Source: Eledone cirrhosa
Taxonomy: Eukaryota
Length of the DNA stretch: 64,000 bases
Reading direction: 5' to 3'
NCBI GenBank assembly: GCA_964016885.1
Contig: OZ024742.1
Coordinates: 166,594,001-166,658,000, forward strand
This document shows positions 42,201-54,590 of the stretch, piece by piece. Both the position numbers and the translations under genes were made by a program. The notes under the pieces are model-generated. The model worked only from the letters and a program-made list of their open reading frames with translations, had not been told where the DNA came from and did not search any database. Each line of letters begins with the position of its first letter. Positions within the stretch are counted from its first letter, which is position 1.

Positions 42201-45200
42201 GTAAAAAAAATCAGGGGGAGATAATTTGTAAAAACAAAATCAAGGGCAGATAATTTCCAGCTGTCCAAGGGGAGATAATTTCCAGCCGTGCAAGGGGAGA
42301 TAATTTCCAGCCGTCCAAGGGGAGATAATTTCCATCCTTCCAAGGGGAGATAATCTCCAGCCGTCCAAGGGGAGATAATTTCCCGCCAGCCAAGGGAAGA
42401 TAATTTTTAAAAAAATCAGGCGGAGATTGTAAAAAAAATCAGGGGGAGATAATTTGTAAAAAAATCAGGGGGAGATAATTTGTAAAAAAAAAATCAGGGG
42501 AGATAATTTGTAAAAAAAAATCAGGGGGAGATAATTTGTAAAAAAAAAATCAGGGGGAGATAATTTGTAAAAAAAATCAGGGGTAGATAATTTGTAAAAA
42601 AAAATCAGGAGGAGATAATTTGTAAAAAAAAATCAGTGGGAGATAATTTGTAAAAAAATCAAGGGGAGATAATATGCAGCCGTCCAAGGGGAGATAATTT
42701 TCAGCCGTCCAAGGAGAGTTAATTTCTAGCCGTCCAAGGGGAGATAATTTCCAGCCGTCCAAGGGGAGATAATTTCCAGCCGTCCAAGGGGAGATAGTTT
42801 TTTTAAAAAAATCAGGCGGAGATAATTTGTAAAAAAAAAATCAGGGGGAGATAATTTGTAAAAAAAAATCAGGGGGAGATAATTTGTAAAAAAAAATCAA
42901 GGGGAGATAATTTGTAAAAAAAATCAGGGGGAGATAATTAGTAAAAAAATCAAGGGGAGATAATTTCCAGCCGTCCAAGGGGAGGTAATATCTAGCCGTC
43001 CAAGGGGAGATAATTTCCAGCCGTCCAAGGGGAGATAATTTCCAGCCGTCCAAGGGTAGATAATATCCAGCCGTCCAAGTAGACATATTTTCCAGCCGTC
43101 CAAGGAGAGGTAATTTCTAGCCGTCCAAGGGGAGATAAATTCCAGCCTCCAAGGGGAGATAATTTCCAGCAAGCCAAGGGGAGATAATTTGTAAAAAAAT
43201 CAGGGGGAGATAATTTGTAAAAAAAATCAGGGGGAGATAATTTGTAAAAAAAAATCAGGGGGAGATAATTTGTAAAAAAAATCAAGGGGAGATAATTTCC
43301 AGCCGTCGAAGGGAAGATAATTTCCAGCCCTCCAAGGGGCTATAATTTCCAGCGTCCAAGGGGAGATAATTTCCAGCCAGCGAAGGGGAGATAATTTTTT
43401 TAAAAAAATCATTGGGAGATTTGTAAAAAAAATCAGGGAGAGATAATTTGTAAAAAAAATCAAGGGGAGATAATTTCCAGCCGTCCAAGGGGAGGTAATA
43501 TCTAGCCGTCCAAGGGGAGATAATTTCCAGCCGTCCAAGGGGAGATAATTTCCAGCCGTCCAAGGGTAGATAATATCCAGCCGTCCAAGTAGACATTTTC
43601 CAGCCGTCCAAGGAGAGGTAATTTCTAGCCGTCCAAGGGGAGATAAATTCCAGCCTCCAAGGGGAGATAATTTCCAGCCAGCCAAGGGGAGATAATTTGT
43701 AAAAAAATCAGGGGGAGATAATTTGTAAAAAAAATCAGGGGGAGATAATTTGTAAAAAAAAATCAGGGGGAGATAATTTGTAAAAAAAATCAAGGGGAGA
43801 TAATTTGCAGCCGTCCAAGGGGAGATAATTTTCAGCCGTCCAAGGAGAGGTAATTTCTAGCCGTCCAAGGTGAGATAATATCCAGCCGTCCAAGGGGAGA
43901 TAATTTCCAGCCGTCCAAGGGGAGATAATTTAAAAAAAAAAACAGGCGAAGATAATTTGTAAAAAAAAAATCAGGGGGAGATAATTTGTAAAAAAAAATC
44001 AGGGGGAGATAATTTGTAAAAAAAAATCAGGGGGAGGTAATTTGTAAAAAAAATCAAGGGGAGATAATTTCCAGCCGTCCAAGGGAAGATAATTTCCAGC
44101 CGTCCAAGGAGAGATAATTTTTAAAAAAAATCAGGCGGAGATAATTTGTAAAAAAAATCAGGGGGAGATAATTTGTAAAAAAAAATCAGGGGGAGATAAT
44201 TTGTAAAAAAAATCAAGGGGAGATAATTTCCAGCCGTCCAAGGGGAGATAATTTTCAGCCGTCCAAGGGGAGATAATTTCCAGCCGTCCAAGGGGAGATA
44301 ATTTTAAAAAAAAATCAGGCGGAGATAATTTGTAAAAAAAATCAAGGGGAGATAATTTGCAACCGTCCAAGGGGACATAATTTTCAGTCGTCCAAGGAGA
44401 GGTAATTTCTAGCCGTACAAGGGGAGATAATTTCCAGCCGTCCAAGGGGAGATAATTTCCAGCCGTCCAAGGGGAGATAATTTTTTTTTTAAAATCAGGC
44501 GGAGATAATTTGTAAAAAAAAATCAGGGGGAGATAATTTGTAAAAAAAAATCAGGGGGAGATAATTTGTAAAAAAAAATCAGGGGGAGATAATTTGTAAA
44601 AAAATCAAGGGGAGATAATTTCCAGCCGTCCAAGGGAAGATAATTTCCAGCCCTCCAAGGGGCTATAATTTCCAGCGTCCAAGGGGAGATAATTTCCAGC
44701 CAGCGAAGGGGAGATAATTGTTTCAAAAAAATCATTGGGAGATTTGTAAAAAAAATCAGGGGGAGATAATTAATAAAAAAAATCAAGGGGAGATAATTTC
44801 CAGCCGTCCAAGGGGAGGTAATATCTAGCCGTCCAAGGGGAGATAATTTCCAGCCGTCCAAGGGGAGATAATTTCCAGCCGTCCAAGGGTAGATAATATC
44901 CAGCCGTCCAAGGGGACATATTTTCCAGCCGTCCAAGGAGAGGTAATTTCTAGCCGTCCAAGGGGAGATAAATTCCAGCCTCCAAGGGGAGATAATTTCC
45001 AGCCAGCCAAGGGGAGATAATTTGTAAAAAAATCAGGGGGAGATAATTTGTAAAAAAAATCAGGGGTAGATAATTTGTAAAAAAAAATCAGGGGGAGATA
45101 ATTTGTAAAAAAAAATCAGGGGGAGATAATTTGTAAAAAAAATCAAGGGGAGATAATTTCCAGCCGTCCAAGGAGAGATAATTTAAAAAAAAAATCAGGC

Positions 45201-46429
45201 GGAGATAATTTGTAAAAAAAAATCAGGGGGAGATAATTTGTAAAAAAAAATCAGGGGGAGATAATTTGTAAAAAAAATCAAGGGGAGATAATTTCCAGCC
45301 GTCCAAGGGGAGATAATTTCCAGCCGTCCAAGGGGAGATAATTTTTTTAAAAAAATCAGGCGGAGATAATTTGTAAAAAAAATCAGGGGGAGGTAAAAAA
45401 AAATCAGGGGGAGATAATTTGTAAAAAAAAATCAGGGGGAGATAATTTCCAGCCGTCCAAGGTAAGATAATTTCCAGCCCTCCAAGGGGCTATAATTTCC
45501 AGCATCCAAGGGGAGATAATTTCCAGCCGTCCAAGGGTAGATAATATCCAGCCGTCCAAGTAGACATATTTTCCAGCCGTCCAAGGAGAGGTAATTTCTA
45601 GCCGTCCAAGGGGAGATAAATTCCAGCCTCCAAGGGGAGATAATTTCCCGCCAGCCAAGGGAAGATAATATTTAAAAAATCAGGCGGAGATAATTTGTAA
45701 AAAATATCAGGGGGAGATAATTTGTAAAAAAATCAGGGGGAGATAATTTGTAAAAAAAAAATCAGGGGGAGATAATTTGTAAAAAAAATCAGGGGGAGAT
45801 GATTTGTAAAAAAAAATCAGGGGTAGATAATTTGTAAAAAAAAATCAGGGGGAGATAATTTGTAAAAAAAAATCAGGGGGAGATAATTTGTAAAAAAAAT
45901 CAAGGGGAGATAATTTCCAGCCGTCGAAGGGAAGATAATTTCCAGCCCTCCAAGGGGCTATAATTTCCAGCGTCCAAGGGGAGATAATTTCCAGCCGTCC
46001 AAGGGGAGATAATTTCCAGCCGTCCAAGGGTAGATAATATCCAGCCGTCCAAGTAGACATTTTCCAGCCGTCCAAGGAGAGGTAATTTCTAGCCGTCCAA
46101 GGGGAGATAAATTCCAGCCTCCAAGGGGAGATAATTTCCAGCCAGCCAAGGGGAGATAATTTGTAAAAAAATCAGGGGGAGATAATTTGTAAAAAAAATC
46201 AGGGGGAGATAATTTGTAAAAAAAAATCAGGGGGCGATAATTTGTAAAAAAAAATCAGGGGGAGATAATTTGTAAAAAAAATCAGGGGGAGATAATTTGT
46301 AAAAAAAATCAAGGGGAGATAATTTCCAGCCGTCCAAGGGGAGATAATTTTCAGCCGTCCAAGGGGAGATAATTTCCAGCCGTCCAAGGGGAGATAATTT
46401 CCATCCTTCCAAGGGGAGATAATTTCCAG

Positions 46430-49400
46430 CCGTCCAAGGGGAGATAATTTTCAGCCGTCCAAGGGGAGATAATTTCCCGCCAGCCAAGGGAAGATAATAT
46501 TTTAAAAAATCAGGCGGAGATAATTTGTAAAAAAAAATCAGGGGGAGATAATTTGTAAAAAAATCAGGGGGAGATAATTTGTAAAAAAAAAATCAGGGGG
46601 AGATAATTTGTAAAAAAAATCAGGGGTAGATAATTTGTAAAAAAAATCAGGGGTAGATAATTTGTAAAAAAAAATCAGGGGGAGATAATTTGTAAAAAAA
46701 AAATCAGGGGGAGATAATTTGTAAAAAAAATCAAAGGGAGATAATTTCCAGCCGTCCAAGGAGAGAAAATTTTTAAAAAAAATCAGGCGGAGATAATTTG
46801 TAAAAAAAATCAAGGGGAGATAATTTGTAAAAAAAAATCAGGGGGAGATAATTTGTAAAAAAAATCAAGGGGAGATAATTTCCAGCCGTCCAAGGGAAGA
46901 TAATTTCCAGCACTCCAAGGGGCTATAATTTCCAGTGTCCAAGGGGAGATAATTTCCAGCCAGCGAAGGGGAGATAATTTTTTTTAAAAAATCAGGGGGA
47001 GATATGTAAAAAAAATCAGAGGGAGATAATTTCTAAAAAAAATCAAAGGGAGATAATTTCCAGCCGTCCAAAGAGAGATAATTTCTAGCCGTCCAAGGGG
47101 AGATAATTTCCAGCCAAGGGGAGATAATTTCCAGCCGTCCAAGGGGAGATAATTATTTAAAAAATCAGGTGGAGATAATTTGTAAAAAAAATCAGGGGGA
47201 GATAATTTGTAAAAACAAAATCAAGGGCAGATAATTTCCAGCTGTCCAAGGGGAGATAATATCCAGCCGTGCAAGGGGAGATAATTTCCAGCCGTCCAAG
47301 GGGAGATAATTTCCATCCTTCCAAGGGGAGATAATGTCCAGCCGTCCAAGGGGAGATAATTTCCCGCCAGCCAAGGGAAGATAATTTTTTAAAAAATCAG
47401 GCGGAGATTGTAAAAAAAATCAGGGGGAGATAATTTGTAAAAAAATCAGGGGGAGATAATTTGTAAAAAAAATCAGGGGGAGATAATTTGTAAAAAAAAA
47501 ATCAGGGGGAGATAATTTGTAAAAAAAATCAGGGGTAGATAATTTGTAAAAAAAAATCAGGGGGAGATAATTTGTAAAAAAAATCAGGGGGAGATAATTT
47601 GTAAAAAAATCAAGGGGAGATAATATGCAGCCGTCCAAGGGGAGATAATTTTCAGCCGTCCAAGGAGAGGTAATTTCTAGCCGTCCAAGGGGAGATAATT
47701 TCCAGCCGTCCAAGGGGAGATAATTTCCAGCCGTCCAAGGGGAGATAGTTTTTTTAAAAAAATCAGGCGGAGATAATTTGTAAAAAAAAAATCAGGGGGA
47801 GATAATTTGTAAAAAAAAATCAGGGGGAGATAATTTGTAAAAGAAATTCAGGGGGAGATAATTTGTAAAAAAAATCAGGGGGAGATAATTAGTAAAAAAA
47901 ATCAAGGGGAGATAATTTCCAGCCGTCCAAGGGGAGGTAATATCTAGCCGTCCACGGGGAGATAATTTCCAGCCGTCCAAGGGGAGATAATTTCCAGCCG
48001 TCCAAGGGGAGATAATATCCAGCCGTCCAAGTAGACATATTTTCCAGCCGTCCAAGGAGAGGTAATTTCTAGCCGTCCAAGGGGAGATAAATTCCAGCCT
48101 CCAAGGGGAGATAATTTCCAGCCAGCCAAGGGGAGATAATTTGTAAAAAAATCAGGGGGAGATAATTTGTAAAAAAAATCAGGGGGAGATAATTTGTAAA
48201 AAAAAATCAGGGGGAGATAATTTGTAAAAAAAAATCAGGGGGAGATAATTTGTAAAAAAAATCAGGGGGAGATAATTTGTAAAAAAAAATCAGGGGGAGA
48301 TAATTTGTAAAAAAAAATCAGGGGGAGATAATTTGTAAAAAAAAATCAGGGGGAGATAATTTGTAAAAAAAATCAAGGGGAGATAATTTCCAGCCGTCCA
48401 AGGGGAGATAATTTCCAGCCGTCCAAGGGGAGGTAATATCTAGCCGTCCAAGGGGAGATAATTTCCAGCCGTCCAAGAGGAGATAATTTCCAGCCGTCCA
48501 AGGGTAGATAATATCCAGCCGTCCAAGGAGACATTTTCCAGCCGTCCAAGGAGAGGTAATTCCTAGCCGTCCAAGGGGAGATAAATTCCAGCCTCCAAGG
48601 GGAGATAATTTCCAGCCAGCCAAGGGGAGATAATTTGTAAAAAAAATCAGGGGGAGATAATTTGTAAAAAAAATCAGGGGGAGATAATTTGTAAAAAAAA
48701 ATCAGGGGGAGATAATTTGTAAAAAAAATCAGGGGGAGATAATTTGTAAAAAAAAATCAAGGGGAGATAATTTCCAGCCGTCCAAGGGGAGATAATTTTC
48801 AGCCGCCCAAGGGGAGATAATTTCCCGCCAGCCAAGGGAAGATAATATTTAAAAAATCAGGCGGAGATAATTTGTAAAAAAAATCAGGGGGAGATAATTT
48901 GTAAATAAAATCAGGGGGAGATAATTTGTAAAAAAAAATCAGGGGGAGATAATTTGTAAAAAAAATCAGGGAGAGATGATTTGTAAAAAAAATCAGGGGT
49001 AGATAATTTGTAAAAAAAAATCAGGGGGAGATAATTTGTAAAAAAAAATCAGGGGGAGATAATTTGTAAAAAAAATCAAGAGGAGATAATTTCCAGCCGT
49101 CGAAGGGAAGATAATTTCCAGCCCTCCAAGGGGCTATAATTTCCAGCGTCCAAGGGGAGATAATTTCCAGCCAGCGAAGGGGAGATAATTTTTTTTAAAA
49201 AATCATTGGGAGATTTGTTAAAAAAATCAGGGGGAGATAATTTGTAAAAAAAATCAAGGGGAGATAATTTCCAGCCGTCCAAGGGGAGGTAATATCTAGC
49301 CATCCAAGGGGAGATAATTTCCAGCCGTCCAAGGGGAGATAATTTCCAGCCGTCCAAGGGTAGATAATATCCAGCCGTCCAAGTAGACATTTTCCAGCCG

Positions 49401-52400
49401 TCCAAGGAGAGGTAATTTCTAGCCGTCCAAGGGGAGATAAATTCCAGCCTCCAAGGGGAGATAATTTCCAGCCAGCCAAGGGGAGATAATTTGTAAAAAA
49501 ATCAGGGGGAGATAATTTGTAAAAAAAATCAGGGGGAGATAATTTGTAAAAAAAAATCAGGGGTAGATAATTTGTAAAAAAAAATCAGGGGGAGATAATT
49601 TGTAAAAAAAAATCAGGGGGAGATAATTTGTAAAAAAAATCAAGGGGAGATAATTTCCAGCCGTCCAAGGGGAGATAATTTTCAGCCGTCCAAGGGGAGA
49701 TAATTTCCAGCCGTCCAAGGGGAGATAATTTCCATCCTTCCAAGGGGAGATAATTTGTAAAAAAAAATCAGGGGGAGATAATTTGTAAAAAAAATCAAGG
49801 GGAGATAATTTCCAGCCGTCCAAGGGGAGATAATTTTCAGCCGTCCAAGGGGAGATAATTTCCCGCCAGCCAAGGGAAGATAATATTTAAAAAAATCAGG
49901 CGGAGATAATTTGTAAAAAAAATCAGTGGGAGATAATTTGTAAAAAAATCAGGGGGAGATAATTTGTAAAAAAAAAATCAGGGGGAGATAATTTGTAAAA
50001 AAAATCAGGGGTAGATAATTTGTAAAAAAAATCAGGGGTAGATAATTTGTAAAAAAAAATCAGGGGGAGATAATTTGTAAAAAAAAAATCAGGGGGAGAT
50101 AATTTGTAAAAAAAATCAAAGGGAGATAATTTCCAGCCGTCCAAGGAGAGAAAATTTTTAAAAAAAATCAGGCGGAGATAATTTGTAAAAAAAATCAAGG
50201 GGAGATAATTTGTAAAAAAAAATCAGGGGGAGATAATTTGTAAAAAAAATCAAGGGGAGATAATTTCCAGCCGTCCAAGGGAAGATAATTTCCAGCACTC
50301 CAAGGGGCTATAATTTCCAGTGTCCAAGGGGAGATAATTTCCAGCCAGCGAAGGGGAGATAATTTTTTTTTAAAAATCAGGGGGAGATATGTAAAAAAAA
50401 TCAGAGGGAGATAATTTCTAAAAAAAATCAAAGGGAGATAATTTCCAGCCGTCCAAAGAGAGATAATTTCTAGCCGTCCAAGGGGAGATAATTTCCAGCC
50501 GTCCAAGGGGAGATAATTATTTAAAAAATCAGGTGGAGATAATTTGTAAAAAAAATCAGGGGGAGATAATTTGTAAAAACAAAATCAAGGGCAGATAATT
50601 TCCAGCTGTCCAAGGGGAGATAATATCCAGCCGTGCAAGGGGAGATAATTTCCAGCCGTCCAAGGGGAGATAATTTCCATCCTTCCAAGGGGAGATAATG
50701 TCCAGCCGTCCAAGGGGAGATAATTTCCCGCCAGCCAAGGGAAGATAATTTTTAAAAAAATCAGGCGGAGATTGTAAAAAAAATCAGGGGGAGATAATTT
50801 GTAAAAAAATCAGGGGGAGATAATTTGTAAAAAAAATCAGGGGGAGATAATTTGTAAAAAAAAAATCAGGGGGAGATAATTTGTAAAAAAAATCAGGGGT
50901 AGATAATTTGTAAAAAAAAATCAGGGGGAGATAATTTGTAAAAAAAATCAGGGGGAGATAATTTGTAAAAAAATCAAGGGGAGATAATATGCAGCCGTCC
51001 AAGGGGAGATAATTTTCAGCCGTCCAAGGAGAGGTAATTTCTAGCCGTCCAAGGGGAGATAATTTCCAGCCGTCCAAGGGGAGATAATTTCCAGCCGTCC
51101 AAGGGGAGATAGTTTTTTTAAAAAAATCAGGCGGAGATAATTTGTAAAAAAAAAATCAGGGGGAGATAATTTGTAAAAAAAAATCAGTGGGAGATAATTT
51201 GTAAAAGAAATTCAGGGGGAGATAATTTGTAAAAAAAATCAGGGGGAGATAATTAGTAAAAAAAATCAAGGGGAGATAATTTCCAGCCGTCCAAGGGGAG
51301 GTAATATCTAGCCGTCCACGGGGAGATAATTTCCAGCCGTCCAAGGGGAGATAATTTCCAGCCGTCCAAGGGGAGATAATATCCAGCCGTCCAAGTAGAC
51401 ATATTTTCCAGCCGTCCAAGGAGAGGTAATTTCTAGCCGTCCAAGGGGAGATAAATTCCAGCCTCCAAGAGGAGATAATTTCCAGCCAGCCAAGGGGAGA
51501 TAATTTGTAAAAAAATCAGGGGGAGATAATTTGTAAAAAAAATCAGGGGGAGATAATTTGTAAAAAAAAATCAGGGGGAGATAATTTGTAAAAAAAAATC
51601 AGGGGGAGATAATTTGTAAAAAAAATCAGGGGGAGATAATTTGTAAAAAAAAATCAGGGGGAGATAATTTGTAAAAAAAAATCAGGGGGAGATAATTTGT
51701 AAAAAAAAATCAGGGGGAGATAATTTGTAAAAAAAATCAAGGGGAGATAATTTCCAGCCGTCCAAGGGGAGATAATTTCCAGCCGTCCAAGGGGAGGTAA
51801 TATCTAGCCGTCCAAGGGGAGATAATTTCCAGCCGTCCAAGAGGAGATAATTTCCAGCCGTCCAAGGGTAGATAATATCCAGCTGTCCAAGGAGACATAT
51901 TTTCCAGCCGTCCAAGGAGAGGTAATTTCTAGCCGTCCAAGGGGAGATAAATTCCAGCCTCCAAGGGGAGATAATTTCCAGCCAGCCAAGGGGAGATAAT
52001 TTGTAAAAAAAATCAGGGGGAGATAATTTGTAAAAAAAATCAGGGGGAGATAATTTGTAAAAAAAAATCAGGGGGAGATAATTTGTAAAAAAAATCAGGG
52101 GGAGATAATTTGTAAAAAAGAATCAAGGGGAGATAATTTCCAGCCGTCCAAGGGGAGATAATTTTCAGCCGCCCAAGGGGAGATAATTTCCCGCCAGCCA
52201 AGGGAAGATAATATTTAAAAAATCAGGCGGAGATAATTTGTAAAAAAAATCAGGGGGAGATAATTTGTAAAAAAAATCAGGGGGAGATAATTTGTAAAAA
52301 AAAATCAGGGGGAGATAATTTGTAAAAAAAATCAGGGGGAGATGATTTGTAAAAAAAATCAGGGGTAGATAATTTGTAAAAAAAAATCAGGGGGAGATAA

Positions 52401-53400
52401 TTTGTAAAAAAAAATCAGGGGGAGATAATTTGTAAAAAAAATCAAGAGGAGATAATTTCCAGCCGTCGAAGGGAAGATAATTTCCAGCCCTCCAAGGGGC
52501 TATAATTTCCAGCGTCCAAGGGGAGATAATTTCCAGCCAGCGAAGGGGAGATAATTTTTTTTAAAAAATCATTGGGAGATTTGTAAAAAAAATCAGGGGG
52601 AGATAATTTGTAAAAAAAATCAAGGGGAGATAATTTCCAGCCGTCCAAGGGGAGGTAATATCTAGCCATCCAAGGGGAGATAATTTCCAGCCGTCCAAGG
52701 GGAGATAATTTCCAGCCGTCCAAGGGTAGATAATATCCAGCCGTCCAAGTAGACATTTTCCAGCCGTCCAAGGAGAGGTAATTTCTAGCCGTCCAAGGGG
52801 AGATAAATTCCAGCCTCCAAGGGGAGATAATTTCCAGCCAGCCAAGGGGAGATAATTTGTAAAAAAATCAGGGGGAGATAATTTGTAAAAAAAATCAGGG
52901 GGAGATAATTTGTAAAAAAAAATCAGGGGTAGATAATTTGTAAAAAAAAATCAGGGGGAGATAATTTGTAAAAAAAAATCAGGGGGAGATAATTTGTAAA
53001 AAAAATCAAGTGGAGATAATTTCCAGCCGTCCAAGGGGAGATAATTTTCAGCCGTCCAAGGGGAGATAATTTGCAGCCGTCCAAGGGGAGATAATTTCCA
53101 TCCTTCCAAGGGGAGATAATTTGTAAAAAAAAATCAGGGGGAGATAATTTGTAAAAAAAATCAAGGGGAGATAATTTCCAGCCGTCCAAGGGGAGATAAT
53201 TTTCAGCCGTCCAAGGGGAGATAATTTCCCGCCAGCCAAGGGAAGATAATATTTAAAAAAATCAGGCGGAGATAATTTGTAAAAAAAATCAGGGGGAGAT
53301 AATTTGTAAAAAAATCAGGGGGAGATAATTTGTAAAAAAAAAATCAGGGGGAGATAATTTGTAAAAAAAATCAGGGCTAGATAATTTGTAAAAAAAAATC
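46430..53400 (+). repeat. Tandem duplication of a ~3364-3366 bp unit (approximate ends)
   Basis: ORF pairs 47192/50556, 47792/51156, 48318/51682 and 49076/52442 show the offset. Private variants TCCACGGGG (~47951, ~51316) and GCCGCCCAA (~48802, ~52168) are shared by the two copies. Confidence 0.88.
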
Positions 53401-54590
53401 AGGGGTAGATAATTTGTAAAAGAAAATCAGGGGGAGATAATTTGTAAAAAAAATCAAGGGGAGATAATTTCCAGCCGTCCAAGGAGAGATAATTTTAAAA
53501 AAAAATCAGGCGGAGATAATTTGTAAAAAAAAATCAAGGGGAGATAATTTGTAAAAAAAATCAGGGGGAGATAATTTGTAAAAAAAAATCAAGGGGAGAT
53601 AATTTCCAGCCGTCCAAGGGAAGATAATATCTAGCCATCCAAGGGGAGATAATTTCCAGCCGTCCAAGGGGAGATAATTTCCAGCCGTCCAAGGGTAGAT
53701 AATATCCAGCCGTCCAAGTAGACATTTTCCAGCCGTCCAAGGAGAGGTAATTTCTAGCCGTCCAAGGGGAGATAAATTCCAGCCTCCAAGGGGAGATAAT
53801 TTCCAGCCAGCCAAGGGGAGATAATTTGTAAAAAAATCAGGGGGAGATAATTTGTAAAAAAAATCAGGGGGAGATAATTTGTAAAAAAAAATCAGGGGTA
53901 GATAATTTGTAAAAAAAAATCAGGGGGAGATAATTTGTAAAAAAAAATCAGGGGGAGATAATTTGTAAAAAAAATCAAGTGGAGATAATTTCCAGCCGTC
54001 CAAGGGGAGATAATTTTCAGCCGTCCAAGGGGAGATAATTTGCAGCCGTCCAAGGGGAGATAATTTCCATCCTTCCAAGGGGAGATAATTTGTAAAAAAA
54101 AATCAGGGGGAGATAATTTGTAAAAAAAATCAAGGGGAGATAATTTCCAGCCGTCCAAGGGGAGATAATTTTCAGCCGTCCAAGGGGAGATAATTTCCCG
54201 CCAGCCAAGGGAAGATAATATTTAAAAAAATCAGGCGGAGATAATTTGTAAAAAAAATCAGGGGGAGATAATTTGTAAAAAAATCAGGGGGAGATAATTT
54301 GTAAAAAAAAAATCAGGGGGAGATAATTTGTAAAAAAAATCAGGGCTAGATAATTTGTAAAAAAAAATCAGGGGTAGATAATTTGTAAAAGAAAATCAGG
54401 GGGAGATAATTTGTAAAAAAAATCAAGGGGAGATAATTTCCAGCCGTCCAAGGAGAGATAATTTTAAAAAAAAATCAGGCGGAGATAATTTGTAAAAAAA
54501 AATCAAGGGGAGATAATTTGTAAAAAAAATCAGGGGGAGATAATTTGTAAAAAAAAATCAAGGGGAGATAATTTCCAGCCGTCCAAGGGA
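52660..54590 (+). repeat. Local 969-bp tandem duplication (approximate ends)
   Basis: ORF pairs 52923/53892 and 53048/54017 are offset by 969 bp. The private variant CAGGGCTAGA occurs at ~53372 and ~54341. Confidence 0.85.

Larger units (their letters stand above)
8150..43260 (+). repeat. Homogeneous higher-order repeat domain: about five copies of a 6.4-8.5 kb unit (boundaries approximate)
   Basis: Identical pseudo-ORFs start at 8415, 14799, 22484, 30966 and 38025 (spacings 6384, 7685, 8482, 7059). The private variant AAAAAGTCAGGGGTAG occurs near 10300, 17020, 24765, 33190 and 40305. Confidence 0.88.
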
